A stretch of DNA of 34,685 bases, from contig PKWB01000036.1 in assembly GCA_003131685.1 (NCBI GenBank), positions 3,846 to 38,530 on the forward strand. The letters run 5' to 3'. The notes under the pieces are model-generated. The model saw nothing but the letters and a program-made list of their open reading frames with translations, ran no database searches and was not told where the DNA came from. The DNA comes from Candidatus Dormiibacterota bacterium. GTDB taxonomy: Bacteria; Chloroflexota; Dormibacteria; Aeolococcales; Aeolococcaceae. Positions 18,491 through 27,133 of this stretch are shown here, one piece after another; within the stretch, counting starts at the first letter, position 1; every line of letters starts with the position of its first letter. The position numbers were made by a program, and so were the translations under genes.

Positions 18491-19371
18491 TGGCGATCGC
18501 TTTGGAGGCGTCTGGCCTCGGTAAGCGGTATGGCTCAACCTGGGCGGTCCGAGATCTCTGCATCTCCATACCCGCCGGCCGGGTCGTCGCCTTGGTCGGC
18601 CCTAACGGGGCTGGGAAGACTACCTTTCTCCAGCTTGCCATCGGCCTCCTCACACCCGACACCGGCGACCCCCAGGTCTTCGGCTGGTCGCCGAGGGACA
18701 ACCCAACCCTGGTGCTGGCCCGGGTGGGTTTCCTGGCGCAGGAACGGCCGCTGTATATGGGTTTCACGGTCGCCGAGACATTGCGGATGGGCCGTGAGCT
18801 GAACCCGAAGTGGGACCTGGCGCTGGCTGAGGCACGCATGCGTCGCCTCGAAATACCTCTGAATCGTCGCGTTGGCAAGCTCTCCGGCGGCCAGCAGGCG
18901 CAGGTCGCTTTAGCGCTGGCGCTGGGCAAGCGTCCAGAGCTCCTGCTGCTGGACGAACCCGTGGCAAATCTGGACCCGCTCGCCCGTCGGCAGTTTCTCG
19001 CGGAACTGATGGAGTCCGTCGCTGCCGAAGGCCTGACCGTCGTCCTCTCCTCCCATCTCATAGCTGATCTCGAGCGCCTGGCAGACCATCTCGTGATTCT
19101 CGCGGGCGGACGTCTCCAGGTAGCCGGGGATCTGGAGCCGCTGCTGGAGGACCACCGTTGGTTGGTCGGGCCCACGGAGGAGATCGGTCGGGTTGGGGGC
19201 ACCGTCGTTCAGGCTGGCACCGGCGAGCGGCAGTGCCGGATGCTTGTGCGCGGCCCGGCTGTCCCACGCGGGTGGACGGCGGCGCCGGTGACCCTCGAAG
19301 ACTTGGTCCTCGCGTACCTTGGCAATCCGGATGTAAGTGCTCTCGCGCAGCCCGAGGCTGTCCCGGCGTGA
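18490..19371 (+). CDS. ABC transporter ATP-binding protein (YtrB-like)
   Basis: GPNGAGKTT, LSGGQ, LLLDEP, SSH. Confidence 0.95.
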   Translation: MAIALEASGLGKRYGSTWAVRDLCISIPAGRVVALVGPNGAGKTTFLQLAIGLLTPDTGDPQVFGWSPRDNPTLVLARVGFLAQERPLYMGFTVAETLRMGRELNPKWDLALAEARMRRLEIPLNRRVGKLSGGQQAQVALALALGKRPELLLLDEPVANLDPLARRQFLAELMESVAAEGLTVVLSSHLIADLERLADHLVILAGGRLQVAGDLEPLLEDHRWLVGPTEEIGRVGGTVVQAGTGERQCRMLVRGPAVPRGWTAAPVTLEDLVLAYLGNPDVSALAQPEAVPA

Positions 19372-20213
19372 CGGTGTTGTCGGGCGCGACGTGGCTTGCC
19401 TGGCGAAACAATCGTCAGGCGGCGGTGATCGGCGGCGTTCTTGCCTTCGGCGTCGCCGCGGCGCTGGTGGTGGTGGCGATCCTGGAGATCGCCCAGCCGA
19501 CAGCATTGGTGCACACCATGAGTACCGCCTTCCAGCCGCTCTTGATCGGCGCTCCGGCGGCGGCCGGGGTATTCATGGGCGCTCCCCTTCTGTCCGCCGA
19601 CTTCGAACGCGGCACCCACCGCCTGACGTGGACGCAAGGAATGACACGCCGACACTGGGCGGCCGCCAACCTCTCGCTCCTGATAGCACTCTCTGCGCTC
19701 GCTGCTGCGGTCATGTCGGTTGGCGCTCAGATATGGATCGTGCACCTGCCGAATACCTTCGACTCGACGTGGGGAATGTACGACCTCCAAGCGCCGGTCT
19801 TCTTCTCATACGTGCTGTTCGCGATGGCCCTGGGCGCCGCCGCCGGAGCCGCGCTCCGCCGCACTGTTCCGGCGATGGCTGTCACGTTAGGGATCTTCAT
19901 CGCTGTCCGGGTTGCCTTTGCCGAGCTGGCGAGACCGCACCTGCTGCCAACGATTACCCGGGTGGTCGTCAGCGGCACGGGCAACAACTCCGTTGTGCCG
20001 CCGGGTGCCGGCTACCTTGATGCGACCTTCCTCGATACGCAGCTGAATCCACTGCCGCCGGGCAGCCCCATCGGCGCCAATACTCCGATCAGCCTCGTCT
20101 ACCAGCCAGTCAGTCACTTTTGGCCGATGCAGGGGATCGAAGCCGGGATCTTCGTGGTCCTGGCGCTAGCACTCTTGGTGGCCGCTCTCAGGTTCGCAAC
20201 CCGCGACGCCTGA
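19368..20213 (+). CDS. ABC-2 type permease
   Basis: About 6 TM segments, DFERGTHRLTWTQ motif; GTGA overlap with the ATPase. Confidence 0.88.
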   Translation: MTVLSGATWLAWRNNRQAAVIGGVLAFGVAAALVVVAILEIAQPTALVHTMSTAFQPLLIGAPAAAGVFMGAPLLSADFERGTHRLTWTQGMTRRHWAAANLSLLIALSALAAAVMSVGAQIWIVHLPNTFDSTWGMYDLQAPVFFSYVLFAMALGAAAGAALRRTVPAMAVTLGIFIAVRVAFAELARPHLLPTITRVVVSGTGNNSVVPPGAGYLDATFLDTQLNPLPPGSPIGANTPISLVYQPVSHFWPMQGIEAGIFVVLALALLVAALRFATRDA

Positions 20214-20377
20214 GTATTCCCGCAACATTCAGCGGGAGGTGTTTACGCGTGACGAATGTGGCGTCCTAGACTAGGTCAGTCACTCCTTGCCTGCGGGTGT
20301 CTCGCCGTGTCCACCATCGCGAGGGAACTGGTCAAACGGGCGCTCGCGGTACGCCCCGAATTCGAATCCGTACCCGC

Positions 20378-20425
20378 GCCCTCGCACGGCAGAGGTCAGG
20401 GGTTCGAATCCCCTCCGCTCCACCA
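20378..20425 (+). mobile_element. 3' fragment of tRNA-Ala(CGC), probable att site of a genomic island
   Basis: gcc-ct-CGC-ac-GGCAG-AGGTC-AGGGG-TTCGAAT-CCCCT-CCGCTCC-ACCA gives the anticodon loop, T-arm, acceptor 3' strand and CCA. No D-arm or 5' acceptor strand upstream. Confidence 0.85.
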
Positions 20426-20446
20426 CCGGCTTCCTGGAGCCGGTTT
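20426..20446 (+). terminator. Probable intrinsic terminator after the tRNA 3' end
   Basis: CCGGCTT-cctg-GAGCCGG hairpin followed by TTT. Confidence 0.5.
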
Positions 20447-20521
20447 CGAATTCGATTCTCAGCATGGACGCGCGCCATCGCGCTGCTCACTCGGTTCCTC
20501 CACGGTAGACTTGAAACAGAC

Positions 20522-20595
20522 GGCGATGGAGCTCGCCGAAACCGCCTTCGTGACTGATGGCTCCTGTTCACGGCCCTAGCTGGGAGAACAGGAGC
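20522..20595 (+). ncRNA. Fluoride (crcB) riboswitch RS1 with expression platform
   Basis: GGCGATGGAGCTCGCC..AAACCGC..CTGATGGCTCCT; pseudoknot GGAGC/GCTCC. GCTCCTGTTC(20560-69) pairs with GAACAGGAGC(20586-95), hiding the SD. -10 TAGACT at 20506. Confidence 0.9.
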
Positions 20596-20600
20596 ACGCC

Positions 20601-22229
20601 ATGGCAGACGGAACATCCCAGGACCCCGACCTGCTCGGCGGCCAACCGGGCAGCGCCAGCGGCGAACCGCCTTCGACGTCAGCGCCGCCCGCTCCTCACT
20701 TCACGAGCCTGCTGTTTGACGAGTCGTCGGGGAAGGCGGCTGTCCGACGCGAAGATCGCTCATCCGCATCTGACCTGAACCTCGACCAGATCGTCAAGAC
20801 CGTCACCGGAGTCCGGGAGGAGCGCGATTTCATCGCGGCCCTTCTTTACCAGCAGCTCGGCGACATCGATACTGTGCACTACCGCCACGAAGTCTATCGA
20901 GACTTGGAAGACCAGTCGCTCCTCGAACGGATTCAGCAATTTGCTGACCTGATGAGCAAGGTGCGCAGCCACCTGGGACAGGTCGAGAAGATGCAGTATC
21001 TTCATCAACGCGAGGGGTGGTTCCTGGACGCAGCCTCTATCTACTGTGATGCCGTCCGCGCCCTGGCGGATGGTCTGAGTTCTGCGCGACTCGATTCCCG
21101 CGCCCTTCGTGCTTTCAGCGCGTTCCTGACGGGTTATGTCGCGTCCGCGACATTCGAATCTCTCGTTGCCGATACGAGAGATCGGCAGGATGCGCTTGCT
21201 CAGATCCGCTATTGCATCCGCATCCGGGGCGGAAGAGTCGACGTGAGCCGCTACGAGGACCAAGCCGACTACAGCGCTGAGGTGCTGAAGACGTTCGAGC
21301 GATTCAAGCAGGGTGCCGTCAAAGACTACCGACTCAACTACCGCACGTGGCCGGGCATGAACCACGTCGGGGCACAGATCCTTCAGCTGGTGGCGCGGCT
21401 GTTCCCTGACGAGTTCTCGGCATTGGATGACTACTGTCGCCAGCACGCCGAGTTCCTGCACGAGACCGTCCGGCGCTTCGAGCGTGAGCTCCAGTTTTAT
21501 CTCGCCTATCTCGATTACATCGGCCCGCTCCGAGCAGCCGGACTCAGCTTCTGCTATCCGGATGTGACCGCGGCCTCGAAAGAGATTTTCGCCAACGACA
21601 CCTTCGACCTGGCGCTCGCCAAGAAACTGGTCTCGGAGGGCAAGCCTATCGTGCGTAACGATTTCCGCATGGAGGGTCCCGAGCGCATCTTCGTGGTCTC
21701 CGGGCCGAACCAGGGAGGCAAGACGACGTTTGCCCGAGCGTTCGGTCAGCTCCACCACCTGGCCAGCGTTGGCTGCCCCGTTGCCGGCACTGCCGCTCGT
21801 CTTTTCCTCTTCGACCGGCTCTTCGTCCATTTCGAGAGGAAGGAGGATCTCACGAACATGCGCGGCAAGCTGGAGGACGACCTCGTGAGGATCCGAAAGG
21901 TACTGCAGGCGGCAACGTCCAACAGCATCGTCGTCATGAACGAGATCTTCACGTCGACGACGCTGAGCGACGCTCGCTTCCTGGGCAAGAAGGTGATGGA
22001 GAAGGTCATCCAGCTCGATGTGCTGTGCGTCTACGTGACATTCGTCGACGAGCTGGCGTCCCTCGGCGAGTCAGTCGTCAGCTTGGTAAGTACGATCGTT
22101 CCAGAGAACCCAGCCCAGCGCACCTACAAGGTGGTCAGGGGACCCGCCGACGGGCTCGCTTATGCGCTGGCTATCGCTGAGAAGCACAACGTCACTTACG
22201 AGCGTTTGCGGGCACGGCTGAGCGCATGA
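20601..22229 (+). CDS. MutS-related ATPase (domain V), first of a tandem pair
   Basis: GPNQGGKTT, FDRLFVHF, GKLEDDL, VVMNEIFTSTT. No mismatch-binding domain I or Smr domain apparent. Confidence 0.9.
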   Translation: MADGTSQDPDLLGGQPGSASGEPPSTSAPPAPHFTSLLFDESSGKAAVRREDRSSASDLNLDQIVKTVTGVREERDFIAALLYQQLGDIDTVHYRHEVYRDLEDQSLLERIQQFADLMSKVRSHLGQVEKMQYLHQREGWFLDAASIYCDAVRALADGLSSARLDSRALRAFSAFLTGYVASATFESLVADTRDRQDALAQIRYCIRIRGGRVDVSRYEDQADYSAEVLKTFERFKQGAVKDYRLNYRTWPGMNHVGAQILQLVARLFPDEFSALDDYCRQHAEFLHETVRRFERELQFYLAYLDYIGPLRAAGLSFCYPDVTAASKEIFANDTFDLALAKKLVSEGKPIVRNDFRMEGPERIFVVSGPNQGGKTTFARAFGQLHHLASVGCPVAGTAARLFLFDRLFVHFERKEDLTNMRGKLEDDLVRIRKVLQAATSNSIVVMNEIFTSTTLSDARFLGKKVMEKVIQLDVLCVYVTFVDELASLGESVVSLVSTIVPENPAQRTYKVVRGPADGLAYALAIAEKHNVTYERLRARLSA

Positions 22230-23812
22230 AAGCCTATCTCCTCCACCAGGAGCAAGACTTCAACTTCGTCGCTGACCTGCCCCCCAATCACGACGACCTG
22301 ATTCAGGACCTGGAACTGACGACGCTGCTCGAGGCGATGGCCCTCGGCGACAAGTTCCTCTACGAGGTGTCAGCGAGAGTCGTCCTGGCAAGCCTCGGCG
22401 ACCCGGAAGCCATCCTCTACCGCCAGCGAGTCCTCGCGGACTGCATCGCTGAGCCGGAGATCATCAGAGAGATGTACGCCATCGCCGTGGGCGCGCTCGA
22501 GGACAAGCGAGGAATCTGGGGGTACGGCTCCCAAAGCCCTTCGCTGATCCTCTCTGCCGCGGTCCGCCAGCTCGAGGCCGCCGTCATCCGGCTCAAACAA
22601 CTGCGAAAGATAGCCGACGACCGCGCGGAGAGGTTCCACTCCGCCGGCTTGACGACGCTCTTTCGCACTCTGCAGCGTGAATTGGACGACGAGTACTTCA
22701 TGACGATGGGCTACCACCTGAAGCAGCTCCGCTTCCGCAATGGGGAGCTGCTCAGTGCGGAACTCGATCGGGACAACAGTGGGATCGGCTTCGTGCTCCG
22801 CTCATCTGGCAGCGTGAAACGGAACTGGAAGGAACGCCTGGGAATGGGCTCTCGTTCCTCGTACTCGTTTACCATCCCGCCGCGTGACGACGCGGGTGCC
22901 AACGCCCTGTCAGATCTCACCAGTCGAGGGATCAACCTCGTCGCCAACGCGGCGGCCCAGTCCGCAGACCACATTTGGAGCTACTTCACGATGCTCCGCG
23001 GGGAGTTGGGCTTCTACGTAAGCTGTCTCAACCTTTGCAACCGGCTCGCAGTCAAGGAGGTGCCGATCTCGTTTCCCGCACCGTCATCGTGGTCCCAGCG
23101 CGTGCTTTCGTTCTCCGGCTTGCGCGATATCTGCCTCGCGCTGCGTGCGGAGCAGCGGGTCGTTGGAAACGACATCGAGGCGAACGGAAAATCGCTGATC
23201 ATCATCACCGGCGCGAACTCCGGAGGAAAGTCGACGTTCCTGCGCAGCGTCGGTCTGGCTCAGCTCATGATGCAGTGCGGCATGTTCGTGGCCGCGGAGG
23301 CCTATTCCGCGAGGGTGTGTGGCGGAGTCTTCACGCACTTCATCAGAGAAGAGGACTCCACCATGACCAGCGGGCGACTCGATGAGGAGCTGAGCCGCAT
23401 GAGCTCGATCGCGGATCAAATCCGTTCCCATTGCCTCATGCTCTTCAACGAGTCCTTCGCCGCTACCAACGAGCGCGAGGGATCCGAAATCGGGCGCCAA
23501 GTTGTCCGTGCGCTGCTGGAGGCTGAGATTACGGTGTTCTTCGTCACCCATCAGTTCGATTTTGCGAACGGATTCCACAGCCAGCGCGCAGAGTCCACCC
23601 TCTTCCTGAGAGCCGAGCGACAATCCGAGGGCCAGCGCCGCTACAAGCTCGCGGTAGCCGAGCCACTTCCGACGAGCTTTGGCGAAGATGTCTACTACCA
23701 GCTCGGCGGGTGGCTGGACAGCGACGAGGACCCCGACTCGCCCTCGGGGAGCGCGAGGGAGGCCTCGGCCAGCAACCTCGACACCAGCGGTCGCGTCCGA
23801 CAGGCTGAATAA
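22226..23812 (+). CDS. MutS-related ATPase (domain V), second of a tandem pair
   Basis: GANSGGKST, AQLMMQCGMFV, GRLDEEL, LFNESFAATN, VTH. ATGA overlap with the partner gene. Confidence 0.9.
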   Translation: MKAYLLHQEQDFNFVADLPPNHDDLIQDLELTTLLEAMALGDKFLYEVSARVVLASLGDPEAILYRQRVLADCIAEPEIIREMYAIAVGALEDKRGIWGYGSQSPSLILSAAVRQLEAAVIRLKQLRKIADDRAERFHSAGLTTLFRTLQRELDDEYFMTMGYHLKQLRFRNGELLSAELDRDNSGIGFVLRSSGSVKRNWKERLGMGSRSSYSFTIPPRDDAGANALSDLTSRGINLVANAAAQSADHIWSYFTMLRGELGFYVSCLNLCNRLAVKEVPISFPAPSSWSQRVLSFSGLRDICLALRAEQRVVGNDIEANGKSLIIITGANSGGKSTFLRSVGLAQLMMQCGMFVAAEAYSARVCGGVFTHFIREEDSTMTSGRLDEELSRMSSIADQIRSHCLMLFNESFAATNEREGSEIGRQVVRALLEAEITVFFVTHQFDFANGFHSQRAESTLFLRAERQSEGQRRYKLAVAEPLPTSFGEDVYYQLGGWLDSDEDPDSPSGSAREASASNLDTSGRVRQAE

Positions 23813-23947
23813 CAGCATTACGCTGCCTCGGACGACATCGCTCCGACCCTGTCTCTCGAGCGCTAGAACGCATCTGACGTGACGAGATGATTCTCAACCG
23901 AATCGACCGAGGCGTCGGATCCGATGTTCAGTGGTAGAGTCCCGGCT

Positions 23948-24031
23948 GGCGATGGGGCTCGCCACGGCACCGTGGGTGCCGGAAACGCGCTGAGCTAATA
24001 GCCCCTGACCACCATTAATGTGGAGGTTAGG
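23948..24031 (+). ncRNA. Fluoride riboswitch RS2 with expression platform
   Basis: GGCGATGGGGCTCGCC..AAACGC..GCTAATAGCCCCT; pseudoknot GGGGC/GCCCC. The CCTGACC..GGTTAGG hairpin covers GGAGG. Extended -10 TGGTAGAGT at 23932-23940. Confidence 0.85.
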
Positions 24032-24073
24032 GTGCCCGTCGCCATCGCAGTTGGACGACCAGCCGGATGCTAG
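24032..24073 (+). CDS. Putative 13-aa leader ORF (MPVAIAVGRPAGC)
   Basis: GTG lies 5 nt after GGAGG; the ORF end overlaps ATG 24067 (ATGCTAG). Confidence 0.4.
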   Translation: MPVAIAVGRPAGC

Positions 24074-25014
24074 CGGCCGCACTCGGCCAGTGCGTTGCAG
24101 TGGCGACCGTCCTGCTGCTCGCGCCACTCCTCAAAGGAGGCATCGACAACCTCAAGGCGAAGATCCAGTCGCGGCGGGGACCGTCCCCGTTCCAGCCCTA
24201 CTTCGACCTGCACAAGCTCTTTCGCAAGGAGCGTTCGGCGAGCCGGGATGCCTCCTGGGTCTTTCGGAGCGCACCCTACGTGGCGTTCGCAGCGCCGATA
24301 GCCTTTGCGATGTTGATCCCGGTGCTCACCGCAGCGCCACTGAGCTGGGCGTTCATGGCCGATATGGTGGGTAGTGGGTTCGTCATCGGCATCGGTGGCT
24401 ACTTCACCAACCTCGCTGCTATGGACAGCGCCAGCCCCTACGGTGGACTCGGAGCAAGCCGCTCCCGGCTTGTGTCATCCCTCGCGGAGCCGACGCTCAT
24501 CCTCATCTTCTTCGCGATCGGGTTCATCTCGGGTGGGACGGTCCCGTTCGTCGCGAACAACATCCTATACACCACATCCGCGCTGATCTCACCCAGCCAC
24601 GCGTTGATAGCGGTCGCGTTTTTCCTGGTCGTCCTCGCTGAGGCGGGCCGCCTCCCGATCGACAATCCGAGCACGTCACAGGAGTTGTCGATGATCGAGG
24701 CCTCCAGGCTCTTCGAATATTCAGGGCCCGACCAGGCACTGATGGAGTGGGGAGGATGGATGAAGCTGTTCGTGCTCCTCATCGTCTGGCTCAACGTTCT
24801 GATTGCCCCGGACGGCCTCGCCACTCAGTTGACCGTCTCTGCATTCGCCATCGCGATCGCGAGCCTCGCAGCCAAAATGCTGTGCGCTGCATTACTCATC
24901 GTGGGGGTGGAGTCGGCTCTTGCCAAGATCCGCATCCTGCGAGTGCCCGAGTATCTCGGCGGCACTTTCGTGCTCTCGTTCCTGGCGGTCGTGATGTACA
25001 GCCTGGGGCGCTGA
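24067..25014 (+). CDS. hyfC: Ehr/Hyf membrane subunit, NuoH/HycD/HyfC-like
   Basis: KAKIQSRRGPSPFQPYFDLHKLFRKE, LAEAGRLPIDNP, EYSGPD; multiple TMs. Confidence 0.92.
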   Translation: MLAAALGQCVAVATVLLLAPLLKGGIDNLKAKIQSRRGPSPFQPYFDLHKLFRKERSASRDASWVFRSAPYVAFAAPIAFAMLIPVLTAAPLSWAFMADMVGSGFVIGIGGYFTNLAAMDSASPYGGLGASRSRLVSSLAEPTLILIFFAIGFISGGTVPFVANNILYTTSALISPSHALIAVAFFLVVLAEAGRLPIDNPSTSQELSMIEASRLFEYSGPDQALMEWGGWMKLFVLLIVWLNVLIAPDGLATQLTVSAFAIAIASLAAKMLCAALLIVGVESALAKIRILRVPEYLGGTFVLSFLAVVMYSLGR

Positions 25015-25661
25015 TGGCACTCGCAGAGGCGGTGCTCGCCACGCTCATCCTCATCGCCACGTTTGGGCTCCTGATCGCGCGACAAGTCCGCGGCGCGATC
25101 ACCGGGTATGCGGCGCAGTCGATCCTCCTCGGGGGGCTCGCGATCGCGATGTTCGCGGGCTCGCGTTTGCCACATCTCCTTGCCTTGGGACTCCTCACGA
25201 TCGGCATCAAGGGTTTCGCCATACCGGCGGTCGTCAGGTTCCAGGTTCGGGGGCCCACCTACCGCCGGCGCGAGATCGCCTATTACGTCGGCTTTCCGAC
25301 AGCGTTGCTCGTCGGCGCCGGCCTCTCGCTCGTCGGATTGGTTGCCGCATCGCGCCTGCCGTTTCATCCCTATCTGTTGTCGGAGCCCGTGCTCGGCCTG
25401 GCCATCGCGGTGATTTTGCTCGGCCTATTCACCACCATGGCGAGACGTGACGCGGTGCTGCAACTCGCAGGCCTCCTCGCCGCGGAGAACGGAGTGCTGC
25501 TCGTCGGGTTGGTGGTGAGTCCGGAGTTGGGCTTGCTGATCGAGTTCGCGCTTGTCCTCGATGTCGTCATCGGGGTTGCGGTGATGGGGTTTCTCATCGC
25601 TCGGATGCACGAGACGGTCGCGAGCACGGACACGTCTGAACTTTCGAGGCTGCGCGGATGA
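25014..25661 (+). CDS. hyfE: Ehr/Hyf membrane subunit HyfE-like
   Basis: YAAQS, IKGFAIP, LLAAENG, C-terminal LSRLRG. TGATG coupling at 25012-25016. Confidence 0.88.
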   Translation: MALAEAVLATLILIATFGLLIARQVRGAITGYAAQSILLGGLAIAMFAGSRLPHLLALGLLTIGIKGFAIPAVVRFQVRGPTYRRREIAYYVGFPTALLVGAGLSLVGLVAASRLPFHPYLLSEPVLGLAIAVILLGLFTTMARRDAVLQLAGLLAAENGVLLVGLVVSPELGLLIEFALVLDVVIGVAVMGFLIARMHETVASTDTSELSRLRG

Positions 25662-27133
25662 CCGACCCCGGACTGCTCGTACTGGTGGTGGCCCTCCCAC
25701 TGGTGGCCGCGCTCATCAGCCTCGTCTGCTCCGCTCGTCTTCAGATAGCGCTGGCGCTCGTGTTCCAGGTCGGGACGTTCGGCGTCGCGCTGGCGCTGAT
25801 CGCCCGCATATTGGTGGTGGGGAGGATCGATGCCTTCGCGCACTGGCTCTACCTCGACAGCCTTTCGGCCGTCGTCATGCTCGTAGCGGCGGTCGTGTCT
25901 GTGCTCGCAACGTTTTACTCCGCGGGATATCTTCGCCACGAGCTGCAGCATCGAGTCATCAAGACCGACGAGCTGCGCAAGTACTTCGTCCTTTTTCATC
26001 TGTTCGTCTTCGCCATGCTGCTGGTCACCATTGCGGGGAACCTCGGGTTGCTCTGGACGGCGATCAGTGCCACGACGTTGGCGTCAGCTCCTCTCGTGGA
26101 CTTCTATGGCTCCCACGAACCGCTCGAGGCCGCCTGGAAGTACATCGTGCTCACCGTCGCCGGCAGCCTGCTCGCGCTTCTCGGACTGCTCCTGCTCTAC
26201 CAGTCCGGAGTGGCATCGCTCGGCAACTCATACGACTTCTCGATCCCTGTGCTCGCCGGCGCGGCATCGCATCTCTCCCCGACACTGGCGTCCACAGCCT
26301 TCCTGCTCATTCTCGTCGGCTTCGGCACCAAGGCTGGGCTGGCTCCCATGCATACCTGGCTCCCCGACGCGCATAGCCAGGCGCCATCACCCATCTGCGC
26401 GATGCTGTCCGGTGCCGAGCTGAACTGCGCGATGCTCGGTATCTTTCGCGTCTACACACTCACTGCACCGGCCGCAGGTGCCGCGACGCTGCGCACCGGC
26501 ATGCTCGTCTTCGGGCTCGTGTCCATGAGCGTCGCGGTCGTTTTCTTGATCAGCCAGCGCAACTTCAAACGCCTGCTTGCGTACTCCTCCGTCGAGCAGA
26601 TGGGGTTGATCTCGGTTGGCGTCGGGCTGGGGAACCCGGTGGCGCTGATCGGCGCACTCCTTCTGGTGGTCACGCACGGCTTTACCAAGTGCCTCATGTT
26701 CTTTGCCACCGGCAATCTGGTGCTCCGGTTCCGGAGCACCACGATCCCGGAGATACGAGGAGTCGTCAGGGCGATGCCGTGGACTGCGGTGCTCCTGATC
26801 GGCGGCGCCCTCGCCATTGCCGGGGCACCGCCCTTCGGCGTCTTCATCTCGGAGTTTTCCATCATCGCAGGCGCATTTGCAGGCCATTTCTGGGTGCTGG
26901 GCGCGCTTGTCGCGGCGCTCCTCCTGCTCGGGTTCATCCCGCTGGTCGCGCCATTCCACAGAATGACGTTCAGCAACGCGGACACCGGTGGCGAGGTGGC
27001 TCAGGCAGAGCTGAGCGCCGTGACGCTGCTGCCGGCGCTGGTGCTGCTGGGCGCAGTCCTGGTGATCGGCGTGTGGATCCCGAATCCCCTCAATCAGTTG
27101 CTCCACCACGCCGCGGCGGTGATGACGAGATGA
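25658..27133 (+). CDS. hyfF: Ehr/Hyf antiporter-like subunit HyfF
   Basis: LEAAWKY, GFGTKAGLAPMHTWLPDAHSQAPSP, KRLLAYSSVE, GAPPFGVFISEF. Confidence 0.92.
   Translation: MTDPGLLVLVVALPLVAALISLVCSARLQIALALVFQVGTFGVALALIARILVVGRIDAFAHWLYLDSLSAVVMLVAAVVSVLATFYSAGYLRHELQHRVIKTDELRKYFVLFHLFVFAMLLVTIAGNLGLLWTAISATTLASAPLVDFYGSHEPLEAAWKYIVLTVAGSLLALLGLLLLYQSGVASLGNSYDFSIPVLAGAASHLSPTLASTAFLLILVGFGTKAGLAPMHTWLPDAHSQAPSPICAMLSGAELNCAMLGIFRVYTLTAPAAGAATLRTGMLVFGLVSMSVAVVFLISQRNFKRLLAYSSVEQMGLISVGVGLGNPVALIGALLLVVTHGFTKCLMFFATGNLVLRFRSTTIPEIRGVVRAMPWTAVLLIGGALAIAGAPPFGVFISEFSIIAGAFAGHFWVLGALVAALLLLGFIPLVAPFHRMTFSNADTGGEVAQAELSAVTLLPALVLLGAVLVIGVWIPNPLNQLLHHAAAVMTR

Noticed and set aside
20340-20425. Intact tRNA-Ala gene
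   Set aside because: Upstream sequence cannot form the D-arm or pair with the acceptor 3' strand CCGCTCC.
20601-23812. Canonical mismatch-repair mutS/mutL locus
   Set aside because: The proteins are too short, lack a recognisable mismatch-binding domain, and no mutL is present.
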